This document shows, piece after piece, positions 28,812 through 37,793 of a stretch of 57,221 nucleotides of DNA (its first letter is position 1; every line of letters starts with the position of its first letter). A program made the translations under genes and the position numbers. The stretch comes from an uncultured Clostridia bacterium (GTDB lineage Bacteria > Bacillota > Clostridia > TANB77 > CAG-508): contig CALXLP010000005.1 in NCBI GenBank assembly GCA_944389225.1, positions 1 to 57,221 of the forward strand, read 5' to 3'. Under the pieces are notes generated by a model that worked only from the letters and a program-made list of their open reading frames with translations, did not search any database and was not told the origin of the DNA.

Positions 28812-30324
28812 TTGAGAAAAACAAAATTATTTTTTATTAATGGTATTATTTTAACCATAACCGCACTTAGCATGCGTGGTATTGGATTAATTTTTAATAT
28901 ATATGTAGCAAATAAGGTCGGATCTGAAGCAATCGGTATCTTTAGCTTAATTATGTCTGTTTATAATTTCGCAATCACACTTGCCACTTCTGGAATTGGT
29001 GTTGCTTGTACTTGTATTGTTTCTGAAGAATTTGCAAAAGGAAATTATATTAATGGTATAAAAGCTGTAAAAACCTCTATCATTTTTGCTATATTACTAG
29101 GGGGCTTTTCGTCTATTCTTGTTGTTCTATTTGCCCCTATTATTTCTGCTACATGGTTAAAAAATATGGTATCAAAAGTTCCTCTTTTATTGATTTCACT
29201 TGGCTTACCTCTCATTTCAGTTTCTTCTGTGATTGGTGGCTATTTTTCTTCTGTGGAAAAACCATATAAAAGTGCAATTTCACAAATTTTAGAAACTACC
29301 GTAAAGATTATCGCTACTGTTTGTTTACTATATTTCAATCCTTCAAAAGATGTAGAATCCATTTGTATTTTTCTTATTTTAGCTGATGTCATCTCTGAAA
29401 TATTCTCCTTTAGTTTAAACATTATCTTTTATCTGATTGATAGAAGAAAATACATATCAAAAAGAAGTTTACCAGTTCAAATGAAGAAAAAAATTTTTAC
29501 GATTGCTTTTCCGATTAGTATAACCTCTTGCATTCGTTCTGGACTTTCTTCTTTAAAACAATTTCTAATTCCCATTCGACTAGAATTATCTGGTATTTCT
29601 TATTCTTTAGCTGTTTCTAACTATGGTTTAATTGGTCGGAATGGTTATGCCTGTAATTATGTTTGCAAATGTTCTTATTGGTTCTTTTAGTGGATTATTG
29701 GTTCCAGAATTTTCGCGATTGCTTGCTGGTGGGAATTATAACAGACTAAAAACTGTTTGTGATACCATTTTTAAAGTTACCTTTATTTTTTCTATTTGTG
29801 TAACAGGAATTTTTATTATATTTGCCAATGAAATTAGTCTTATGGTTTATCAATCTATTGAGGCAGGTAAATGGATAAAAATATTATCCCCTCTTATCTT
29901 TTTTATGTATATTGATAATATTATTGACAATATGCTGAAGGGCATTAATGAACAAGTAAGTGTCATGATTTGTAACATTATTGATTTATTAGTTACGATA
30001 TCCATTATCTTTTTTATTGTTCCAATTATGGGAATGTATGGATATATTTTAAGTATTTTTGTGAGTGAACTTTTAAATTTTACGATTAGTAGTATTCAAT
30101 TAAAGAAAAAAATCAAGTATTCCGTAAATTTTAAAAAATTTATTATGCGACCTATTTTTGCTTGTCTAGTATCTTATTTGTTAATTAAACTGTTACCTAT
30201 AAACTTTTTATCTTTTTCATTAAATACGATTATGCAAATTGCCTTGTTTATTTTGTTTTATTTAATTTTTATGATAGTATTTAATAGAAAACGTGTTTAT
30301 GGAAAATTGAAAGAATTTTATTAA
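28812..30324 (+). pseudogene. SpoVB/MurJ-type (MOP superfamily) flippase, interrupted by a frameshift near 29631-29642
   Basis: Two overlapping ORFs (28776-29690 and 29632-30324) together give about 500 aa of multi-TM MOP-family protein ('LSMRGIGLIFNIYVANKVGSEAIGIF'). Removing one base near 'GGTCGGAATGG' restores '...YGLIGGMVMPVIMF...'. The probable start is TTG at 28812, after AAGGTGA. Confidence 0.65.
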
Positions 30325-30396
30325 AGATATTATATATTTTTGAATATTTTATGTGTTACTACTCATCTCTAAATAATGAATTTAATATAAAAACAC

Positions 30397-30425
30397 TTGC
30401 AACTCAGAGATTTCTATGTTATTAT
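30397..30425 (+). promoter_or_regulatory. Sigma-A promoter with extended -10 for the second orphan transcript
   Basis: TTGCAA (30397-30402), 17-nt spacer ending in TGt, TATTAT (30420-30425). Confidence 0.6.
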
Positions 30426-30431
30426 ATCTGC

Positions 30432-30752
30432 ATAGGTATATTTTGCCTATGTAACCTTAGCCATATCTTGTTTTTTTAGGGTATGGTGTGGCGAATCTGG
30501 TAACAGATTTTTTCACCTTTAAAAGGAGGTGAAACTATGAGATGCTCACATAAAATGAATTATGATGCGTCGAGGCGATGCCATAATTCTATGTTGACAT
30601 CTACGTTTGCTTCAGATAGTCTGTGGCGCAGTGAAAAGACTACGAAGCCACGTAGAGAAAATCTCTGGCCAAGATTTTTAGAATGATGTCTCGTTGATTG
30701 ATTTCTAAGATCCTTAACAGGATAGCCCTAGAAGAGGGCTATCCTGTTTTGA
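30432..30752 (+). ncRNA. Candidate structured RNA, or leader plus micro-ORF transcript (about 320 nt), class unknown
   Basis: This is a GC-enriched island in a 470-bp gap with its own promoter and a very strong terminator (14-bp stem AACAGGATAGCCCT/AGGGCTATCCTGTT, 30716-30748, then T-run). Internal hairpins include CATAGG/CCTATG, AATCTG-gtaa-CAGATT+TTTT and CACCT..AGGTG, which sequesters the SD-like AGGAGG. Nested pairings CTACGT/ACGTAG, GTGGC/GCCAC and AGTCT/AGACT are also present. Confidence 0.45.
30537..30686 (+). CDS. Alternative reading of the same locus: 49-aa basic Cys/His-containing micro-protein
   Basis: AAGGAGGTGAAACT-ATG gives MRCSHKMNYDASRRCHNSMLTSTFASDSLWRSEKTTKPRRENLWPRFLE. It uses many G/C-ending codons (GCG, TCG, AGG, CGA, CGC, CTG, ACG) that look atypical for this AT-rich genome, so coding is doubtful. 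Confidence 0.25.
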   Translation: MRCSHKMNYDASRRCHNSMLTSTFASDSLWRSEKTTKPRRENLWPRFLE

Positions 30753-30796
30753 AATTCGTACTTATTTAATTATATTTTTTACAATAAATTATATCT

Positions 30797-31786
30797 CTAC
30801 TCTACTCCCGTTGCAATCACTGTAACAACAACTTTGTCATCCAAAGATTCATCTGTAATCGTTCCAAATACAACATTGGCATCTTCACTAATTAAATCAT
30901 TAATTTTACCAATCCCATCATTAATTTCGCTTAAAGCCAATTCAGAATTTCCTCGAACATTAAAGATAACACCTTTTGCATTATTGATTTTATTTTCTGT
31001 AAGCGCATTATCAATGGCTTGATTAACTGCATCCACCATTCTGCCTTCTCCTTCAGCTTCACCAATTCCCATATATGCCATTCCTTTATATGTTAGCATT
31101 GTTGTTATATCTGCAAAATCAACATTAATATCTCCTACTGATGTAATTAAATCTGTAATACTTTTGATTCCTTGCTCTAACACATTATCTGCCATTTTGA
31201 AAGCATTAATAACACTCATCTTTTGATTTCCAGCAACCTTTAATAATTTATCATTTGAAATTAAAATTAAGCTATTAACATGCTGTTTTAATTTTTCAAT
31301 TCCAACATCTGCTCTACTTGATCGTAATCTTCCTTCAAAAAGAAATGGTTTTGTAACAATCGCAATCGTTTGAATTCCCATCTCTTGTGCAATTTCTGCA
31401 ACTACAGGGATTGCTCCTGTTCCAGTTCCTCCTCCCATTCCTGCTGTTAAGAATAATAATTGTGTACCTTCTAATAGTTTTTTAATATCTTCTTTACTTT
31501 CAATTGCTGCTTTTTCTCCCATATCTGGGTTTGCTCCTGCACCTAATCCTTTAGTTGTTTCTTTTCCGATTTGTAATACATTTTCCATTTTTGTTTTATT
31601 TAACATAGCAAGTTCTGTATTAATAAAATAAAATTCAACATCTTTTACTTGATCTTCAACCATTTGTCTGACAGCATTATTGCCACCTCCACCAATTCCA
31701 ATGACTTTTATTTTTGGAATAGATGTCTTTATTTCTCCATATATATTTCCATAATTGTTTCCATATTTATTTTCTATTTGTATCAT
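30797..31786 (-). CDS. ftsZ: FtsZ-family tubulin-like GTPase lacking the C-terminal linker and tail
   Basis: 329 aa with '[12 protein letters not shown]', the tubulin signature '[10 protein letters not shown]' and T7 loop 'NVDFAD'. It ends '[11 protein letters not shown]', immediately after the globular core. The usual NTD.Q.L motif reads 'NTELAML'. No ftsA or dcw genes are nearby. Confidence 0.85.
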   Translation of the reverse strand: MIQIENKYGNNYGNIYGEIKTSIPKIKVIGIGGGGNNAVRQMVEDQVKDVEFYFINTELAMLNKTKMENVLQIGKETTKGLGAGANPDMGEKAAIESKEDIKKLLEGTQLLFLTAGMGGGTGTGAIPVVAEIAQEMGIQTIAIVTKPFLFEGRLRSSRADVGIEKLKQHVNSLILISNDKLLKVAGNQKMSVINAFKMADNVLEQGIKSITDLITSVGDINVDFADITTMLTYKGMAYMGIGEAEGEGRMVDAVNQAIDNALTENKINNAKGVIFNVRGNSELALSEINDGIGKINDLISEDANVVFGTITDESLDDKVVVTVIATGVE

Positions 31787-31931
31787 TTTTACAACCTTCC
31801 TTTTCTAATTTACTTTTGTATGTATCGCTTAGTATTATATAGTTATCTTTTAAATTTTTCAATACCAATCTGGACTTTTTTAAATTATAATGAAAAATTT
31901 GTTTAAAAGCGAAAATTTGTTTTCAAAAGTA

Positions 31932-31974
31932 TTGCATTTTCATTTTTCGAATGATATAATCGTACATATGTTTG
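31932..31974 (+). promoter_or_regulatory. Promoter with adjacent LexA (Cheo-box-like) operator
   Basis: TTGCAT (31932-31937), 17 nt, TATAAT (31955-31960), immediately followed by CGTACATATGTTTG (31961-31974). This matches the Firmicutes SOS box CGAACnnnnGTTCG at 11 of 14 positions, counting the ATAT centre. A weaker CGAAAATTTGTTTT lies about 50 nt upstream. Confidence 0.6.
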
Positions 31975-31984
31975 GAGGTAGATT

Positions 31985-33283
31985 ATGGATATTTTTGATA
32001 AATTAAAAATACTTGCAGATTCTGCTAAATATGATGCTTCTTGTAGCTCTAGTGGTAGTAATCGAAAAAATACAAACGATGGAATTGGAAATGGTCATGT
32101 TTCTGGTATTTGCCATAGTTGGGGTGCAGATGGTCGTTGTATTTCTCTTTTAAAAATTCTATTTACAAATGCCTGTATGTATGATTGTAAATATTGTATT
32201 AATCGCTCTTCAAATTCTGTGCCTAGAGCCACCTTTACACCTCGTGAAGTTGCAGATTTAACCATTCATTTTTATAAACGAAATTATATTGAAGGTCTAT
32301 TTTTAAGTTCGGCAGTTATCAAATCTCCTGATTATACAATGGAAAGATTAGTTGAAACAGCTTCTATTTTGAGAAATGAATATCATTTTCATGGATATAT
32401 TCACTGTAAAACCATTCCTGGTTGTAGTCAAGAGTTGATTGATAAATTAGGTGTTTTGGTAGACAGGATGAGTATTAATATAGAACTTCCTTCAAATGAT
32501 AGTTTGAAATTATTAGCACCTCAAAAGGAAAAAGACGGAATTTTAAAACCAATGACCTATATTTCCAATACATTAAAATTAAATAAAATGGATAAATCAA
32601 AATATAAAGAGAAATTTGTTCCAGCAGGTCAAACCACACAATTAATGGTTGGTGCTACACCTGAAACAGATTTAAAGATATTAAAACTTTCTGAAGGAAT
32701 GTATAAATCTTTAAAACTAAAAAGAGTTTACTATTCTGCTTATGTTTCTATCAATAATGATAAAAACCTACCTACTTTAGAAAAACCACCACTTTTAAGA
32801 GAAAACCGATTATACCAAGCAGATTGGTTGCTTCGATTTTATGGGTTTCAAGCAGATGAACTATTAAATGAAGAACATCCAAATTTTAATACTTTATTAG
32901 ATCCTAAATGTGATTGGGCTTTAAGAAATTTAGATAAATTTCCAATAGAAATCAATACTGCTAATTATCACACTTTACTTAGAATTCCTGGTATTGGTGT
33001 GATTAGTGCCAAAAAAATTATTACTGCTAGAAGAGAATTTTTGTTAGATTTTGAAAGTCTAAAAAAATTAGGTGTTGTCTTAAAAAGAGCACAATATTTT
33101 ATAACTTGTAAAGGAAAATATTTTTATGAAGTCAATAAATTTAACAAAAATTTTATTGAAACTAATTTATTGTATACAGAAAGAAATACAATACCACAAA
33201 AGAAATTTGAACAATTATCAATGTTTGATACATTGTTGCCTACAAAGGAGGATAAAATAAAATGTCTAACTGGAAGCTTGTAA
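31985..33283 (+). CDS. Putative DNA modification/repair radical SAM protein (TIGR03916-type)
   Basis: 432 aa with a 'CMYDCKYC' CxxxCxxC cluster and a C-terminal helix-hairpin-helix 'LLRIPGIGVISAKKI'. Confidence 0.85.
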   Translation: MDIFDKLKILADSAKYDASCSSSGSNRKNTNDGIGNGHVSGICHSWGADGRCISLLKILFTNACMYDCKYCINRSSNSVPRATFTPREVADLTIHFYKRNYIEGLFLSSAVIKSPDYTMERLVETASILRNEYHFHGYIHCKTIPGCSQELIDKLGVLVDRMSINIELPSNDSLKLLAPQKEKDGILKPMTYISNTLKLNKMDKSKYKEKFVPAGQTTQLMVGATPETDLKILKLSEGMYKSLKLKRVYYSAYVSINNDKNLPTLEKPPLLRENRLYQADWLLRFYGFQADELLNEEHPNFNTLLDPKCDWALRNLDKFPIEINTANYHTLLRIPGIGVISAKKIITARREFLLDFESLKKLGVVLKRAQYFITCKGKYFYEVNKFNKNFIETNLLYTERNTIPQKKFEQLSMFDTLLPTKEDKIKCLTGSL

Positions 33284-34020
33284 ACACAACCTATTTATAT
33301 GATGGTACATTTGATGGATTATTAACCATTGTTTTTGAGAGCTATTCTCATAAAACATTGCCACAAAAAATTGTTTCAGAAGAGGAATATATACAAAATT
33401 TTTTAGATAAAACACAATATATAAATACCAATTATGAAAAGGCAAAACGTGTTTTTGAAGGAATTAATAAAAATATTTGCTATGAAGCTCTATATAATAG
33501 TTTTTATGCTTTTTTATCAGATGGAAAAGAGAAAGAAATTAAAATTCTAAAATATTTATGTGATGGATTTGACATCGGACCTAAAATTAACACTATGCTT
33601 ACTATTTCCTATGTCTTTTCTGTTATCAATATGAGAAAAAGAGCTTTATCAGAATGCCATAAGTTAAAAGGATTACTTCGATTTATGGAAATAGGAAAAA
33701 ATTTGTATTATGCCTCTATTCACCCAGATAACAATATTATAGAACCTTTAGGACATCACTTTATTAAAAGACTACCTACACAAAACTTTATCATTCACGA
33801 TAAGAACAGAAATATTTGTTTTTTATATAACTCACAAGAATACAAAATCATTGATAGCACCAATTTAACAATACCTGATGTTACTGAAGAAGAACAAAAA
33901 TACCAAGAACTTTGGAAATTATTTTTCAAAACCATTGCCATACAAGAAAGAAAAAATGCTAGATGTCAAATGCAATTTATGCCTAAAAAATATTGGCAAG
34001 ATTTAATTGAAGAACCATAA
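33262..34020 (+). CDS. TIGR03915/DUF4130-type putative DNA metabolism protein, partner of the radical SAM enzyme
   Basis: 252 aa starting '...YLYDGTFDGLLTIVFESY'. It overlaps the upstream gene by 22 nt, suggesting translational coupling. Confidence 0.72.
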   Translation: MSNWKLVNTTYLYDGTFDGLLTIVFESYSHKTLPQKIVSEEEYIQNFLDKTQYINTNYEKAKRVFEGINKNICYEALYNSFYAFLSDGKEKEIKILKYLCDGFDIGPKINTMLTISYVFSVINMRKRALSECHKLKGLLRFMEIGKNLYYASIHPDNNIIEPLGHHFIKRLPTQNFIIHDKNRNICFLYNSQEYKIIDSTNLTIPDVTEEEQKYQELWKLFFKTIAIQERKNARCQMQFMPKKYWQDLIEEP

Positions 34021-34237
34021 TGTCCAATTGGGGACGTTTCCTATTGGGACATTTTTAAATTATAAAAAACAACTTTTATCTTTACCATACATAAAATTTT
34101 CCCTACATATAAGACAAGGACACACCAAATTAGATATTTTTGTTTTTCGGTATGTCCTTTATCATTTTTATATCCGTTTTTTAATTATTTTATTTTGAAA
34201 AATGTCCAGACAGAAACGTCCCTAATTGGACATTTTT
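34019..34237. repeat. Repeat-family site B: 219-bp MITE-like element with ~37-nt terminal inverted repeats
   Basis: The left arm is AATGTCCAATTGGGGACGTTTCCTATTGGGACATTTTT (34019-34056). The right arm reverse-complemented is AATGTCCAATTAGGGACGTTTCTGTCTGGACATTTTT. It fills the gap between two convergent genes and overlaps both stop codons. Confidence 0.8.
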
Positions 34238-36780
34238 CTTACAATGCCTGTTGTTCCATCTAATTCCACTATATCACCGGTTTTTATATTATCCAGTAAT
34301 CCTGTAATTCCTACTACTGCAGGTATACCAAGTTCTCTTGAAACAATTGCTGAATGAGATAATAAACTTCCCCTTTCTACTAAAATTCCACTTGCAGCCG
34401 GAAATAGCATAATCCAACCCGGATCTGTATACTCAGCAACTAAAATTTCTCCTTGTTCTAATTTTGCATTTGCCGGATTATCTATTACTTTTACTCGTCC
34501 ACTAATTCTTCCTGGTGATGCTCCAATTCCTTTTAAAGTTTCTTTTTCATCTTTTATCTTATCTATATGTGTTTTATCTGCGTGAACTTCTATTTCCTTT
34601 TTAAAGTTATTTCCTATATTTACTGCTCCATAAGTGTAAAATCTTTCATCTGGATTAGTTTCCTTATATCTTTCATACTCTTTCTTTCGTATCGCAATTA
34701 AATCTTTCAAATTATTGGTCGTAGATTTTCCATCGATATAGTATAAAATTTCATCTACTTCTAAATAAAATATGTCTCTTTTTTCTTCTATAACATTTAA
34801 AGAAGTTAATATATATCCTATTCTTAAAAAGATTTCTCTTACTCTTCCAAAAAGTCTTGTTCTTTCAAACCTAAGATTTTCTCTATTTTTTACTGTATAT
34901 CTTGCTTGTTTTAATAAAAAGTTAAATTTAGCTTTTTCCAATGGCTTAAACTTTAAAATTTGTTTTACTTTTCTTTCTGCCTGTTTTCTAGCTTCTACAG
35001 AATCTAATGCATTTACTTTTGTTTTTTGCATTCTTCTTGCAAATGTCAATATTGAATGATATAAGCTAATAGGATTATCTTTTAATGTTAATGTTTCTAA
35101 TTTTAACTCCTGCAAACATCTATCTGAAAATTTATCTAAATATGCTTGTATTTTTTCATAAAATTCTGGATATTTAGGAAGTTCTTTTTGGATATATAAC
35201 ATATCTTCATTTTCTAATAATTTTAAAAGTTTTTCATCATCTTTTGCAATCTCTGCCATTTCTCGAATTCTTTTCGCTGGCTCTGCACTAATGATATTTC
35301 CTTCATCACATAATAAATCATTATGTATCAAGTTTCCATTTTCTTTAAATAATTTTTCACATTCTTGTTTCAATTGTCCATAAAAAATCATTGCCAAAAA
35401 GTCATTGACTAGTGGTGCATCCCATTTATGTAACAGTTTTCCTTCCAATTCATAGTAATAATCATGTAATTCATATAAGTCCATATGCTGGATATCTTTA
35501 TCTTCTAATGCTTCATTTAATCTTACATAGAATTTATCTGTCATTTTTCTTATTTTCATAAATCCTTTTAATAATCCATATCCAGTTGAAATCAATCCAA
35601 TTTTATCAGAAAATGTAGCTTGTGGTACTGGAAATAAGTCATCTGGCAAAGATTCTTTCACACCCATCATTTGCTCCATAAATTTCTTGTTTTTTCCTAA
35701 TCCTGGAAACATGGAAAGTAATCCATACCAACCATATAGATTATAATACACACGGCCGTCTATTAAAGCTAACATGTTTTTAAACATCTGTGCATTCATT
35801 TCTATTTTTTCTGCTTTTACATGAAATATTTTACACAATTCTAAATATACATTTTCATAGACAGTTCTAATAAAAGAGAATGTTAAGGGGGTTGTAATTC
35901 CTCCATAGCTCTCTACAATATTACTATTGTCAAATACATTTAACTTTTCTTCTTTATTTTTTACTGTTCCTAATGTTGTAATTGGTCTAGATTGTAATAG
36001 ATATAGATTCTCATCTTCATAAGCCCATTCAATATCTTGAAATCTTCCAAAAAACACATTTGCTTTTTCTACTAGTTCTTTAACTTCTAATATCTGGTTA
36101 TCTGTTAAAACTGCTTTATCCTTTTGTTTTTCGTTTACTGTTTCTTGCTTAATTTCACCATCTACATAAATATGACAATAATCTTTCTTGGCTATTGTTT
36201 TTGTAATTTTACCATTTAAAATAGTATAGGTATCTGCTGTTGCTATACCATCTACTAAACTACTTCCTAATCCATACACAGCATTAATGACAATTTCTTT
36301 TATATTAGAAGTAGTCGGATTTGCTCCAAATGCCACACCTGCTTTTTCTGATTTTACCATTTTTTGCACGATAACAGATGGAATCATTACCTCTTCTATA
36401 TGATTTTCTTTTCGATATGTTTCAATTCTTTCTGAAAAAGCAGATAAATATACTTCTTTTATTTTTTCGATAACCTCTTCTTTAGGAATATATAAAAAAG
36501 TATCGAATTGTCCTGCAAAAGATGTTTCTTTGGAATCCTCATTTCCTGCTGATGAACGAATGGCAAAATAAGTATCATCTGGAAACATTTTTAATGATTC
36601 TTCTACTTCTTTTACCGCTTCTTCTTTTAAGTTTTTTTCTTTTTTATCAAATCCTTCATAAGATACAACAAACCACTTTGGAATATTATCAATTGCCTGT
36701 CCCATTTTTGCCAAAGCTGTTGCTTTTCCTCCCATAAATTCATATTGTTTACTATTTTGTTCTAATACATATTTCATCAT
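34222..36780 (-). CDS. PEP-utilising dikinase-like enzyme: ATP-grasp N-domain plus C-terminal phospho-His swivel domain, no PEP/pyruvate TIM barrel (rifampin-phosphotransferase-like architecture)
   Basis: 852 aa with N-terminal 'GGKATALAKMG' (PPDK_N type) and C-terminal 'TDPGWIMLFPAASGILVERGSLLSHSAIVSRELGIPAVVG' (mobile His domain). Confidence 0.8.
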   Translation of the reverse strand: MMKYVLEQNSKQYEFMGGKATALAKMGQAIDNIPKWFVVSYEGFDKKEKNLKEEAVKEVEESLKMFPDDTYFAIRSSAGNEDSKETSFAGQFDTFLYIPKEEVIEKIKEVYLSAFSERIETYRKENHIEEVMIPSVIVQKMVKSEKAGVAFGANPTTSNIKEIVINAVYGLGSSLVDGIATADTYTILNGKITKTIAKKDYCHIYVDGEIKQETVNEKQKDKAVLTDNQILEVKELVEKANVFFGRFQDIEWAYEDENLYLLQSRPITTLGTVKNKEEKLNVFDNSNIVESYGGITTPLTFSFIRTVYENVYLELCKIFHVKAEKIEMNAQMFKNMLALIDGRVYYNLYGWYGLLSMFPGLGKNKKFMEQMMGVKESLPDDLFPVPQATFSDKIGLISTGYGLLKGFMKIRKMTDKFYVRLNEALEDKDIQHMDLYELHDYYYELEGKLLHKWDAPLVNDFLAMIFYGQLKQECEKLFKENGNLIHNDLLCDEGNIISAEPAKRIREMAEIAKDDEKLLKLLENEDMLYIQKELPKYPEFYEKIQAYLDKFSDRCLQELKLETLTLKDNPISLYHSILTFARRMQKTKVNALDSVEARKQAERKVKQILKFKPLEKAKFNFLLKQARYTVKNRENLRFERTRLFGRVREIFLRIGYILTSLNVIEEKRDIFYLEVDEILYYIDGKSTTNNLKDLIAIRKKEYERYKETNPDERFYTYGAVNIGNNFKKEIEVHADKTHIDKIKDEKETLKGIGASPGRISGRVKVIDNPANAKLEQGEILVAEYTDPGWIMLFPAASGILVERGSLLSHSAIVSRELGIPAVVGITGLLDNIKTGDIVELDGTTGIVRKMSN

Positions 36781-36788
36781 CTGTTCTC

Positions 36789-37782
36789 CTATAAAATTAA
36801 TATTACTAAACTACAATATACAATGGCTATATAGATATTTGCCGAAAGTCCTGCTAATTTTGCCATCTTTTTTGTTTTCTTTTTGGCAAATAAAATATTG
36901 GGAATATTGGCTAATATGTATAAAGCAACTATCCAGATATAATTTTTCTGTCCTAGGATTGTACCTTGTACAAGCATTAGCAAAGTTTCCAATACAAATA
37001 TTAGTCCCATTGCTTTACCAATACCTAAAATAGCTGTATAGGTTTTGACTCCCTCTTCTTCCTCTTCTTTACACCTAATTTTTCTAGCAACTTCTACTAT
37101 CCAAGATATAATATATGCCATCACTAATATTTTCCAAACATTTGGGTTTACAAATATAATAGAATTCGTTATGGTAAAATCTGCTGATGAATTATAATTA
37201 AGATAAATTTGTGGAATAAAATTTGCTAAATATAGAACCATTATGGGAAGTATCAGTTCATCTAAGGTAACTTCTAGTAATAAATGTTTATCTAATATCT
37301 TTTTTATAAAAAATCCTTTACTCATAAGTGCAAAAAACACCCACAATATGATTAAATATAAAATTCCATTTTGTGAACACGTAATTGTTAAAATTAGTTG
37401 AAGGATTATACAAATAACAAATAATATTTTTAATTCTTTTAATTTTATCAGACCTCTTGGTACTGGTCTATAAGGTCTATATTTACAATCTTCTTCATAA
37501 TCCTTAAACTCATCTACAATTCTTACCATTAGAAATTGCAAAAATGTTACAATAAACATAGGAATCAATTTTATCCATTGTATTTGATATTCTGGCGGTC
37601 TTCCGCATCAAATCCGTATATGCAACATCACTAAAATTATTCATCCATTCATAATAATACATTTCTCCATAATAGTTAAAGAAACAAAAAGTAGCAAATA
37701 CAATACAAAACACATATAGTCCATATACAAGTACTGGAAATCTCTCTTTTTGGTATGTATACCATTTTTTTATTTGATTCAT
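36789..37782 (-). pseudogene. UbiA-superfamily prenyltransferase-like membrane protein, apparently frameshifted near 37590-37610
   Basis: The 259-aa ORF carries 'RIVDEFKDYEEDCKYRPYRPVPRGLI', an Asp-rich first motif followed by RP.P.G, plus about 8 TMs. A 90-aa upstream ORF supplies a further N-terminal TM. The downstream frame stays open back to 'CGRPPEYQIQWIKLIPMF'. Alternatively the gene starts at 37568. Confidence 0.55.
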
Positions 37783-37793
37783 ATTTTCCCCCT

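Noticed and set aside
34019-34237. Site B as an invertible promoter switch (inverton)
   Set aside because: It lies between the 3' ends of two convergent genes, so inversion would not place a promoter upstream of anything. I see no convincing promoter inside and no recombinase in the window. It cannot be excluded without read-orientation data.
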